A DNA stretch of 64,000 bases from an uncultured Phycisphaerales bacterium (GTDB taxonomy: Bacteria; Planctomycetota; Phycisphaerae; Tepidisphaerales; Tepidisphaeraceae): NCBI GenBank assembly GCA_963758525.1, contig CAVWVQ010000002.1, forward strand, positions 384,001 through 448,000, written 5' to 3'. The number at the start of each line of letters is the position of its first letter. Within the stretch, counting starts at the first letter, position 1. The translations under genes and the position numbers were made by a program. This document shows, piece after piece, positions 1 through 10,429 of the stretch. The notes under the pieces were generated by a model. That model was not told where the DNA came from. It did not search any database and saw only the letters and a list, made by a program, of their open reading frames with translations.

Positions 1-198
1 AGCCCCAGGGTTGGGGAAGAGGGTCGAATGCGGTTCTGATATTCAGCGCCACGTCAGGTGCGACCGTTATTGCATGATGCGGTGGCGGAATGGATTTGCC
101 GTTGTACCGACGCGGTGCGCGACAGTATAAGCCGCTCGGCGACGACGACCGGAGTTCTGGACTTTATTGCAAACCTATCAAGTGAAGGCAGCGAATCG

Positions 199-1239
199 AT
201 GACCAAGCTCCCAATCTTCCTCACGTGGGCCCGATACGCGTTGCTGGTTCTTGCGTCATCCTCCCTGGCGTCCGCTTCGGATCTCATCCCGGGCGGCGAT
301 GCGCTGTCGCTTGCACCTACCGCGCCCACTGCCACTGTTGACGCGTGTCCGCGATACCTTGATGACCGCGGCTCCGCCTTGGATTCCTCTCCCTCGTCTC
401 AACCTGCCGGTTTCCCGGCGCGCCAGGAGAACGCCGCGACGCATCCGGAGGAGAATTCCGCAAAGAACGGGGAGTTTCCCGCGATTGGCAGCACGTTCGG
501 CCTCGAGGAGTTCGCCCATCATTTCGCGCCGTTTGAGCCGATGTACTTCGTCGGCGGATCCCAGGCCCCCAACGTGAAATTCCAGTTCAGCATTCGCTAC
601 CGGCTCCTCAACCCAGACGGCCCGCTTGCGACGCAATATCCGCTGCTCAAGGGATTCAACTTCGCATACTCGCAGACGTCGCTCTGGGATTTCACGGATT
701 CGAGCGATCCGTTCTTCTACGACAGCAGCTATCGGCCGGAGTTTTTCTACTATCTGGAAAACCTGCCCGGCGTGCGCTTGCCGCAAAGCTGGCAGGCGGG
801 GTTGCTCGCGGGCATCGGACATGAATCCAACGGCCAGAAGGATCCGAACCATCGGTCCCGGAACATCATCTACCTGCGTCCGATTCTCACCCTCTCCGCT
901 ACCCGGGGGGACCTGTTCCTGACAATCGCCCCCAAGGCGTACGTCTACATCGGCGGGCTGCCTCTCAACCCCGACATGCCAAAGTTCCGCGGCTACTGCG
1001 ACCTGCGCGTGGTCTTCGGCCAGCGCGACGGTCTGCAGCTTGCGACCATCGGCCGGCTCGGTTCCGATTTTGACAAGGGAAGCCTGCAGTTCGACCTGAC
1101 CTGCCCGCTGACAAAGCTCCTTGCCGGGAATCTCGATGTTGCCCTCGACGCCCAATATTTCATCGGCTACGGCGACACGCTTCTGACCTACAACCGCTAC
1201 AGCCAGATCTTCCGCATCGGCTTGGCGCTGGTGCGATGA
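199..1239 (+). CDS. pldA: Outer-membrane phospholipase A1 (OMPLA/PldA family)
   Basis: Signal peptide MTKLPIFL...ASA. Motifs KFQFS, YSQTSLW, YRPE, catalytic GHESNG and QYFxGYGxxLLxYN. ATG at 199 chosen over the ORF-track start at 58. Confidence 0.85.
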   Translation: MTKLPIFLTWARYALLVLASSSLASASDLIPGGDALSLAPTAPTATVDACPRYLDDRGSALDSSPSSQPAGFPARQENAATHPEENSAKNGEFPAIGSTFGLEEFAHHFAPFEPMYFVGGSQAPNVKFQFSIRYRLLNPDGPLATQYPLLKGFNFAYSQTSLWDFTDSSDPFFYDSSYRPEFFYYLENLPGVRLPQSWQAGLLAGIGHESNGQKDPNHRSRNIIYLRPILTLSATRGDLFLTIAPKAYVYIGGLPLNPDMPKFRGYCDLRVVFGQRDGLQLATIGRLGSDFDKGSLQFDLTCPLTKLLAGNLDVALDAQYFIGYGDTLLTYNRYSQIFRIGLALVR

Positions 1240-1372
1240 CACATTGTCTCCCATCTCGTTCACACGGGCAGGATGTTCGTGCCACGGGGAAAGCCTGATA
1301 CGGCCGCATTGCAGCGCAACGACCCTCGCTGCATAATTCCCGCGCAGAACTTTTTTTGCGGAGGCTTTTGTG

Positions 1373-2296
1373 ATGATCAGGACCCGATTTTTTGGCGTGC
1401 TTGCGTTGGGAAGTTCGATGGCATTGGCCGGCGTTGCTCGCGCGGCTTCGGTGCCGGTCGAGGTGGATCTGACGGCGGTGCGAGCGATCCAGCTCGCCTC
1501 GCTCGACTCGAAGACCGACGATCAGGTCTATCTTCTCGTCAGCGGAATCGCCGCAGGCAAGGAGGTGCAGGATCGCATCCCCAAGGACAAGACGCTGACG
1601 TCGGCTCCGAAGAAACCCGCCGTGACGGATAAGTCGCCGGCGGTGATCTGGAAAGGCGATCTCGACGACGGCCAGTTTGCGATGCTCACGGTCACGCTCA
1701 TGCAGGGAGATGGGACCGATCAGGCCAGGATCAAGGACTTCCTCGACAAGCTGACAGCGGCCGACCAGAAGACACCCGAGTGGTCCAAGCCGACGCTGAC
1801 GGCTGACGACGTGGCGAAGTTCGCGACCGGCCTGCTGAAAAACCAGCAGCCGCTGATCGTCAAGATCAAGGATATTTTCTCGCGCGAAGCCAAGACCGAT
1901 CATTACGGCGGGCAGTTCAATCTTCTCGTCTGGAACAACGCCGGCAAAATCGTCAAACGCCTCGATCCGATCGGCCTGACGTTTGGCGAGCATAATGGCA
2001 CCGACCTGAAGGTTTACTCCAAGCTGAAGGCCACCCGCGTCAACGTCCTCATTCAGGAGGACAGCGGCGAGTGGACTCAGCAGCAGCTCTTGCCATTGGA
2101 TGACAATGAGACCGCGGTGCGCGTGAAGATGCTGGAGACCGAGCCGCAGCCGACGGACAAGACCACGAAGCACGTGACCGATTATCTCACCGAGATCGAA
2201 GTCAAAGACGGCAGCGGCAAGCCGATGCACTGGACGCTGGAAGGGGAGAACACAGGGTACGACGTGGTGCATACGTATTATGATTTCGCGGATTGA
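1373..2296 (+). CDS. Secreted hypothetical protein
   Basis: GGAGG RBS, signal peptide ending ARA-A, host-like codon usage; no family recognised. Confidence 0.75.
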   Translation: MIRTRFFGVLALGSSMALAGVARAASVPVEVDLTAVRAIQLASLDSKTDDQVYLLVSGIAAGKEVQDRIPKDKTLTSAPKKPAVTDKSPAVIWKGDLDDGQFAMLTVTLMQGDGTDQARIKDFLDKLTAADQKTPEWSKPTLTADDVAKFATGLLKNQQPLIVKIKDIFSREAKTDHYGGQFNLLVWNNAGKIVKRLDPIGLTFGEHNGTDLKVYSKLKATRVNVLIQEDSGEWTQQQLLPLDDNETAVRVKMLETEPQPTDKTTKHVTDYLTEIEVKDGSGKPMHWTLEGENTGYDVVHTYYDFAD

Positions 2297-2546
2297 GCGA
2301 CTCCATAGTCTATACCGTGAATGGGCCGCTGATGCCGAGCAAGTGCTGGTACGTATTCGTGGACTTATTTCGGAAGGGTCGCAGGTGAGAGATGCTGCCG
2401 CTTTGGAGGACGCCTACGCTTCAACCCTCTCACGCTTGAAGTTGACGCCAGAGAAGACCGCTCGGGGATTGGAGCAGGCCCGCCGCGGGGAGTTTACGCC
2501 TGCCGAGGATCTCCGAAATGAGCTACGCAACCGGATTCGCTCCTGA
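2280..2546 (+). CDS. Small antitoxin-like protein, possibly a truncated remnant
   Basis: C-terminus ARGLEQARRGEFTPAEDLRNEL resembles ParD/addiction-module antitoxin tails; no partner toxin before the leuA stop. Confidence 0.4.
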   Translation: MISRIERLHSLYREWAADAEQVLVRIRGLISEGSQVRDAAALEDAYASTLSRLKLTPEKTARGLEQARRGEFTPAEDLRNELRNRIRS

Positions 2547-2567
2547 TCGGGAAGAGACCACGCGTGA

Positions 2568-4118
<1,551 letters not shown>

Positions 4119-4134
4119 GACAGGTCCTCGTACG

Positions 4135-4216
4135 TTTTAGGGTTCAGGGTGTCAGGGTTCAGGGTTCAGCGAATGCGAATGCTGGCTGAATCTTGAATCC
4201 TGATACCCTGAGCCCT
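4135..4216. repeat. Inverted pair of degenerate TTCAGGG heptamer arrays in the leuA leader
   Basis: ttagggttcagggtgtcagggttcagggttcagc followed by gctgaatcttgaatcctgataccctgagccct. Confidence 0.8.
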
Positions 4217-4230
4217 ACATGCAATTCATT

Positions 4231-4263
4231 CAACAAAAAACCCTGCGATCTTGATCGCAGGGT
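4231..4263 (-). terminator. Rho-independent terminator of the leuA attenuator
   Basis: The minus strand reads ACCCTGCGATC-AA-GATCGCAGGGT-TTTTTGTTG: a perfect inverted repeat followed by a U tract. Confidence 0.9.
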
Positions 4264-4294
4264 CGCCGGAAATCTCAACTGAATTCGGTGTACC

Positions 4295-4372
4295 CTACGA
4301 AGTTCTGCGCGGCAGCAGCCGCCCGCCAAGAGCGAGTGGAAGTCGGGCCGAAAGCAGAATCGTCGGGCACAT
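4295..4372 (-). CDS. Leu-rich leader peptide MCPTILLSARLPLALGGRLLPRRTS (25 aa, 7 Leu), leuL-like attenuator
   Basis: Translated by hand (ATG at 4372, TAG at 4297-4295). The stop codon lies inside TCGTAGGGT, which is complementary to the terminator 5' arm ACCCTGCGA. Confidence 0.82.
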   Translation of the reverse strand: MCPTILLSARLPLALGGRLLPRRTS

Positions 4373-4532
4373 TGTCAATTGAGTAAATCGACTTGGAGCG
4401 GAAAAGTCAAGAGGAGCGCGAGATCATAAAAAACCACGGAAGAATCCGACGGCCCAGGCGAACAATCGTTTCAGGTGCTGTTCCTCGTACTGGACGCCGT
4501 CGCGTGCATCGACGGCCTTCGGGAGACAAAAG

Positions 4533-6587
4533 ATGTTTGGACGTCGTCGAAAGCAAAAAGCCATCGGGCAGGCCGGGTCGCTGCCGCTGATGGAGGCTCT
4601 GGAATCGCGGCAGTTTTTCTCTGCCAGCACCCCTTCGTTGCATGACAACCTGGAGATCCTCAAGGCGGATTCGTCGTCCGCAAGCATCGCCGGGTACACC
4701 CCCGCCGAGATCAAAAAAGCGTACGGCATCGATCAAATCAGCTTCAGCAACGGGACGGTCGCCGGCGATGGCTCGGGGCAGACGATCGCGATCGTGGATG
4801 CATTCAACGACCCGACCATCAGAAATGATCTTGGTGTGTTCGACACCGAGTTCGGTTTGGCCGCGGCCAACTTAAAAGTGGAGAACCAGAGCGGCGGATC
4901 GAGCCTGCCGAGCACGGATACGGGTTGGGCGGGCGAAATTTCCCTCGACGTGGAGTGGGCTCATGCGATCGCGCCAGCGGCCAACATCCTTCTGGTGGAA
5001 GCAAACTCATCGAGCCTGGCCGACCTTCTCAAGGCCGTGGATACCGCGCGCGAATCGGCCGGTGTGTCCGCGGTAACCATGAGCTGGGGCGGCAGCGAAT
5101 TTTTCAGCTACAACGCCAGTGAATCGTCAGACGAATTGGCCGACGACTTCCATTTCACCACTCCCAGCGGACACCAGGGCATTACGTTCGTCGCGTCGGC
5201 CGGCGACAGCGGGAGTTTTGACGGCGTTCAATGGCCGGCGGCGTCGCCAAATGTCGTTTCGGTGGGCGGCACCTCGCTCTACACTTCGGATTCCTCCGGC
5301 ACCTACAGTTCCGAGTCGTCCTGGGCCGGAACCAGCGGCGGATTCAGCCTGTATGAGACTGAGCCGTCCTATCAGACTTCAGCCAACGCTTCGGGCGCGC
5401 GTTCAGTTCCCGATGTTTCCTATGATGGTGATCCCAACACCGGGTTTGCGGTGTATGACTCCACGGCAGAAACCAGCGACGGGACGACCTACGTCGGCTG
5501 GCAGGAAGTGGGCGGCACCAGCGCGGGCGCGCCGCAGTGGGCGGCGATCATTGCGATCGCAAACCAGGGCCGGGCGATCGCCGGCAAGAGCTCGCTCGAC
5601 GGAGTCTCGCAGACACTTCCGATTCTTTACAGCCTCTACACGGCTTCCACCTATGACACCGATTTTAATGATGTGGTGGACAGCGCGCGCGGCGGCTTCC
5701 ATTTCCCCTGGGGTGGCTTTGGGAATAACGGCCAGGCGACTGCCGGGTATGACACTTCAACGGGACTTGGAACACCCAAGGCCGCTGCCGTCGTTGACGC
5801 GCTAGTCGGCAGCACTTCCAGCAGCACCACTACAACGACAACGACAACGACGACCACGCTCGCGGCATCCCCCATCGACGCAACAGTGATCTCGGCGCCA
5901 ACCGGCAGCGTGATCGGCTCGCAAAACGGCAGCGTCACGCTCCGCCTGACCAACGATGGGAGCGGCCGCTACATCGGACCGATTTCCGTTTCGCTCTACG
6001 CGACAACCACCGGAACGATCGCCTCGTCAGACTCGCCGTTTGCGACGATCTCGATTGCCGGCGTCAATATCGCCGAGGGGGCGTCCAAAACAGTTGTGGT
6101 GCACTTTAAATATCCATCCGATCTCGCCAGCGGCTCGTACATTCTGGTTGCATCGGTCGCCGCCACCGCGACAGACACAAATCCCTCGCAGACGGCCGCG
6201 CCCGCGGCGCTGACGATCGACACGCCAACGGTCGATCTTTCCACGGCCTTCGATCGCACCGCCTCGGTGCTCGCCAGGCGCGGGCGAAAGGGAACGATTG
6301 CGGTGAAGATCACCAACAAGGGCAATGTCACTGCCTCCGGCCAGCTCACGTTGAACCTCTATGCCTCGACAGATCAGACGCTGGACGACGCGGATCTGCT
6401 GCTGGCGACGCTGCTGAAAACGATCAAGCTCGCCGCCGGCGCTTCGATCACGCTGCACATTCGCTTCCCGTTCCCCGCGGCGCTCACCGGAGGCAGCTAC
6501 GATCTGATCGCCTCCGCCAACTCGACGGCTCAACCCGCCGACACCGATACGCAGGATAAGACGGCGGTCATTGCGACGCGGGCTTAG
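4533..6587 (+). CDS. Secreted S53 (sedolisin/kumamolisin) peptidase with LEPR-XLL-type N-terminus and two C-terminal CARDB-like domains
   Basis: EALESRQFFS, EISLDVE, ASAGDSG, RSVPDV, GGTSAGAP, GYDxxTGLGTP, poly-Thr linker. Confidence 0.9.
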   Translation: MFGRRRKQKAIGQAGSLPLMEALESRQFFSASTPSLHDNLEILKADSSSASIAGYTPAEIKKAYGIDQISFSNGTVAGDGSGQTIAIVDAFNDPTIRNDLGVFDTEFGLAAANLKVENQSGGSSLPSTDTGWAGEISLDVEWAHAIAPAANILLVEANSSSLADLLKAVDTARESAGVSAVTMSWGGSEFFSYNASESSDELADDFHFTTPSGHQGITFVASAGDSGSFDGVQWPAASPNVVSVGGTSLYTSDSSGTYSSESSWAGTSGGFSLYETEPSYQTSANASGARSVPDVSYDGDPNTGFAVYDSTAETSDGTTYVGWQEVGGTSAGAPQWAAIIAIANQGRAIAGKSSLDGVSQTLPILYSLYTASTYDTDFNDVVDSARGGFHFPWGGFGNNGQATAGYDTSTGLGTPKAAAVVDALVGSTSSSTTTTTTTTTTTLAASPIDATVISAPTGSVIGSQNGSVTLRLTNDGSGRYIGPISVSLYATTTGTIASSDSPFATISIAGVNIAEGASKTVVVHFKYPSDLASGSYILVASVAATATDTNPSQTAAPAALTIDTPTVDLSTAFDRTASVLARRGRKGTIAVKITNKGNVTASGQLTLNLYASTDQTLDDADLLLATLLKTIKLAAGASITLHIRFPFPAALTGGSYDLIASANSTAQPADTDTQDKTAVIATRA

Positions 6588-6699
6588 CTTGGAGGTGAGC
6601 GCTTTCGTTAGTTGCGATTGAATGGTCGCGCTCCGCGAAGGGGCAAGCCACGGCGGCGACGTTCGGCGAGATTGGCGCTACTCGTCTTCGGCGCCGACG

Positions 6700-6751
6700 C
6701 AGATCACAATTTGAGATCTGGGAAGATTTGAGATTTGAGATCTCAGATCTT
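6700..6751. repeat. Degenerate heptamer repeat (AGATTTG/AGATCTG)
   Basis: agatcacaatttgagatctgggaagatttgagatttgagatctcagatct. Confidence 0.65.
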
Positions 6752-6813
6752 TGCAATTCATTATTTTCTTTGAACGTTTCGCCCCCCTTCTCCGCTTCAT
6801 GGTGAGGACGACC

Positions 6814-7266
6814 ATGCAAGACAGCGGAATTCCATCTGATGCCGAAGTTGAATTGCCGGCGGAACTGCGCCGGGCGATCGCCGATTTGGACGCGACGCCG
6901 GTCGCGGTTCCGGCGCATCTGGATCGGATGATTCTGTCTGCGGCGCGCGTTCGGCTGGCTCGCAGGAAGCGGGCGGGTCACGTCTTGCGATGGGGATTCG
7001 CGGCGGCGGCCGCCATGGCATTGGTGGTCGTGGGGCGATTCGTTCTGATGGAGAAAGCCGGAACGGCCCAGGTGGCCGTGCTCGGCGACGCCAATGCCGA
7101 CGGGCGCGTGGATATTCTCGACGCGTTCGTGGTTGCCCGTGCAATTGAACATCAAGAGAAACTTCCGCCCGCATGGGACGTCAATGGGGATGGCGTGGTC
7201 GATCAGAAGGACGTCGATCTGATTGCGCAGATGGCGGTGAATGTCAGCAAAGGATCCGCGCGATGA
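6814..7266 (+). CDS. Membrane protein with an anti-sigma-like N-terminus, one TM helix and a type I dockerin
   Basis: PAHLDRMILSAAR segment, basic stretch, hydrophobic helix, then duplicated Ca-binding loops GDANADGRVDILD and WDVNGDGVVDQKD. Confidence 0.8.
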   Translation: MQDSGIPSDAEVELPAELRRAIADLDATPVAVPAHLDRMILSAARVRLARRKRAGHVLRWGFAAAAAMALVVVGRFVLMEKAGTAQVAVLGDANADGRVDILDAFVVARAIEHQEKLPPAWDVNGDGVVDQKDVDLIAQMAVNVSKGSAR

Positions 7267-7769
7267 AGCTGCCGCGATTGACAATTCTTGGGAGTACCAG
7301 GGGAGGGGAAAAGAGCTTTCCGGAGTGGCGGCCGGTCATGCTTTTCTGCGCGATGTTGGTGACGTGCGTGGTCTCAGCGGGGCCGGATCTTCCTGCGATG
7401 CACGCGGCTCCGCGCTTTGAAGCCGTAGGCATTTACGTCGATCCGCATGGCAAGCCGCTGGCGGCCTATCAATTCGAGCTCGTGACCGAGCAAGGCAACG
7501 CGACCCTGGTGGGAATTCAAGGGGGAGACGATCCGGCCTACGCCGACCCGCCCTACTACGACACCCGCGCGCTGCTCGCCGATCGCATCATCGTGGGCGC
7601 CTTCAACACCGGCACTGCTTTGCCGGCTAAGAAGACGCGGGTTGCGACGTTGATGATTCGGGCGACCGGTGAAATCGAGCCGAAATATAACGTCCGTCTG
7701 CAGGTTGCCGCATCGAGCGACGCCAAACCGATTGCCGCGGATATCTCGATCGAAGGAGTCAATCCATGA
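7263..7769 (+). CDS. Secreted small beta-rich protein, cohesin-like (tentative)
   Basis: ATGA overlap with the upstream gene. The pattern VGIYVD..KPLAAYQFEL..LVGI..RIIVGAF..LP..KTRVATL is reminiscent of cohesin beta-sandwiches. The start may instead be at ~7338. Confidence 0.6.
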   Translation: MKLPRLTILGSTRGGEKSFPEWRPVMLFCAMLVTCVVSAGPDLPAMHAAPRFEAVGIYVDPHGKPLAAYQFELVTEQGNATLVGIQGGDDPAYADPPYYDTRALLADRIIVGAFNTGTALPAKKTRVATLMIRATGEIEPKYNVRLQVAASSDAKPIAADISIEGVNP

Positions 7770-10303
7770 AAGCCAGGAAAAGTCTCATCGCGTCTGTTCT
7801 GTGCGCCGTCGTGTTGGCGCTGATACCGCGCCTCATGATCGGCTGCGCCCAGAGCCAGGAGAAATACAATGCCGTGCATTTGGATGGGCAGAGCGAACCT
7901 CACGCGTATATGCAGGCACCGATCCGCTACGAAGCGAGTCCCGGTGTAACCCAGAATGAAGGGCTTTCCGGTCCTACGACATCACCCTCGACGGAACTGT
8001 GGATCATCGAACGCAAGCCGCCAACCGGCCCGGCGTTATCCAGTGCCGCGGCCGCACCTAACGTGGGCGACCCGTCTCGGCAGGATAACGCTGATCGAGT
8101 TGGGTTTGGAACTGGGGCGGGTAGTGGACAGTCTCCGAAAGCGAGGCCCGCAGATTCACCGTCTCCTCTCTATGGCTTTAAGCAGAGTTCAACTGAAGAA
8201 AAGCGGCAGGAACTGGAGCAGTCCGCTAAAGCCTTCAATTCGGAAATTGGTCACCGAGGGGTCGGAAGCAGCTATACCGGCAAACCTGTGACGAACGTCC
8301 CAGGCAGCATCGGTCGCCGAACGCCGCAGCCGACGTCCGGGCATGCGCAAGCCGCTGCGCCAAACGACGGCAGCGAACTGCAACTTGGTGGGGAGACAGT
8401 TCACCCGGACGATGACCAAATCATTCAGCATCCCGGCTGCGGCGAGTTGATCGTCCAGGATCACAACGGCCAGAAGAACGTCCCGGTGCCGCTCGATCAC
8501 ACCGACGTTTCCGCGCAGATCCAGGGATACATCGCCAGCGTTCATGTCTCGCAGCGGTATCGCAATCCGTTTAACGAGAAGATCGAGGCGGTCTACGTTT
8601 TCCCGCTGCCGCAGGACGCGGCGGTCAACGAATTCGTCATGACCATCGGCGAGCGCCACATCCGCGGCATCATCCGCGAGCGGGCCGAGGCGGAGCGCAT
8701 CTATCACGAGGCGCGAGCCCAGGGATACGTCGCGTCGCTCCTCACGCAGGAACGGCCCAACATTTTTACGCAGTCAGTGGCCAACATCGAGCCGAATAAG
8801 CAGATCGACATCAACATCACCTATTTCAACACGATGAACTACGCCGACGGGTGGTATGAATTCGTCTTCCCGATGGTCGTCGGCCCGCGCTTCAATCCGC
8901 CTGGCTCGACCGACGGCGTCGGCGCGGTTGCGCGCGGCCGGCATGGAACTTCCGGACAAGCAACGGAGCTGCAATATCTCCGGCCCGACGAGCGCAGCGG
9001 GCATGACATCGCGCTCTCGGTCGATCTCAACGCGGGCGTGCCGATCGAGCAGCTCGACAGCCGCAATCACAAAATCAACGTGAAACAGGAGTCGCCGAAC
9101 CATGCGATTGTTTCGCTCGACCCGGCGGACAGCATTCCCAACAAGGATTTCGTCCTGCGATACAAAGTGGCCGGCAGCAGGATGAAGTCGGGGATGTTCG
9201 TGCAGCGCGACGACCATGGCGGATATTTCACGCTGATGCTTTTCCCGCCCGCGACGCTCACCGAACTGCCACGCCAGCCGATGGAGATGGTCTTCACCAT
9301 CGACGTTTCCGGCTCTCAAAGCGGTGCGCCGCTGGCACAGGAAAAGGCGGCAACCCGCTATTGTCTCAAGCACATGGATGCGGGCGACACTTTTCAGATC
9401 GTCCGCTTTGGGAACACCGCCAGGAGACTCTTCGCCGCTCCGATGCCCGCCAATGAGACGAACGTGCAGGAGGCGTTGTCGTACGTTGAAGGTCTCGACG
9501 CCAATGAAGGCACCATGCTCGTCGAAGGCGTGCATGCCTCGCTTCTGTTCCCCCACGATGAAAGCCGGCTCCGCTTCGTCGCGTTCATGACCGACGGATT
9601 TATCGGAAATGAAGGTGAAGCCCTCCGCGAGATTCACAACTGCCTTGGACCGGCCCGCATCTTCAGCTTCGGCGTCGGCTCATCGACCAATCGGTATCTG
9701 CTGGATCACATGGCCAAGATGGGCAACGGCGCCGCCGCGTATCTCGGTTTAAATGACGACGCAAAACAGGTGATGGGAGACTACTTCGAGCGTATCAGCC
9801 ATCCCGCGCTGACGGATATCAGCGTCGACTTTGGCTCGATGAACGCCAGTGAAGTGTTCCCCGAGCGGATCGGCGATCTGTTCGTCGGCCGGCCCGTCGT
9901 CATCAGCGGGCGCTTCAACGGCGACGTGCCAAAGCAGGTGATCGTTCACGGCAAAGCCGGGGGACGAACGCTCGAATGCGTGGTCCCCATCAGCGCCGAA
10001 AACGTCGAGAGCGGCCCATCGCACGCGCTGGCAGCGGTCTGGGCACGCGCGAAGCTGAGCGACCTTGGCGACCGCGCGGTTTGGGACGCAGATGCAACAG
10101 AACAGCTCCCCTCCCAGATGAAGCAGACCGCGCTCGAATATGGCCTGGTTTGTGACTATACCGCGTTTGTTGCCGTCGATTCGTTGACAAAGACCAGCGG
10201 AGATCACGGCACGACCGTAGCCGTCCCTGTGCCGGTGCCCGAAGGCGTTCGCTACGAAACCACCGTGCAGGACGGCGCCGTCGGCGGGCCGCAGGACAGA
10301 TAA
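7766..10303 (+). CDS. VIT + vWA domain lipoprotein (inter-alpha-trypsin inhibitor heavy chain-like)
   Basis: Lipobox MIG-C; VIT motif QRYRNP..IEAVYVFPLP..AV..F.M.IGER; MIDAS DVSGS...TDG; ATGA overlap with the upstream gene. Confidence 0.92.
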   Translation: MKARKSLIASVLCAVVLALIPRLMIGCAQSQEKYNAVHLDGQSEPHAYMQAPIRYEASPGVTQNEGLSGPTTSPSTELWIIERKPPTGPALSSAAAAPNVGDPSRQDNADRVGFGTGAGSGQSPKARPADSPSPLYGFKQSSTEEKRQELEQSAKAFNSEIGHRGVGSSYTGKPVTNVPGSIGRRTPQPTSGHAQAAAPNDGSELQLGGETVHPDDDQIIQHPGCGELIVQDHNGQKNVPVPLDHTDVSAQIQGYIASVHVSQRYRNPFNEKIEAVYVFPLPQDAAVNEFVMTIGERHIRGIIRERAEAERIYHEARAQGYVASLLTQERPNIFTQSVANIEPNKQIDINITYFNTMNYADGWYEFVFPMVVGPRFNPPGSTDGVGAVARGRHGTSGQATELQYLRPDERSGHDIALSVDLNAGVPIEQLDSRNHKINVKQESPNHAIVSLDPADSIPNKDFVLRYKVAGSRMKSGMFVQRDDHGGYFTLMLFPPATLTELPRQPMEMVFTIDVSGSQSGAPLAQEKAATRYCLKHMDAGDTFQIVRFGNTARRLFAAPMPANETNVQEALSYVEGLDANEGTMLVEGVHASLLFPHDESRLRFVAFMTDGFIGNEGEALREIHNCLGPARIFSFGVGSSTNRYLLDHMAKMGNGAAAYLGLNDDAKQVMGDYFERISHPALTDISVDFGSMNASEVFPERIGDLFVGRPVVISGRFNGDVPKQVIVHGKAGGRTLECVVPISAENVESGPSHALAAVWARAKLSDLGDRAVWDADATEQLPSQMKQTALEYGLVCDYTAFVAVDSLTKTSGDHGTTVAVPVPVPEGVRYETTVQDGAVGGPQDR

Positions 10304-10429
10304 TCGCATCCGTAACGCGGTGTCTGCGTCGTCCGAGCGATGCAGAAGCCAGGTGCGGAGAGAGATGCCCCCGCGCATTGACGCGCGCCGACGGTGACGA
10401 CGCGGCCCGTCGACCCTATCATTTGATCG

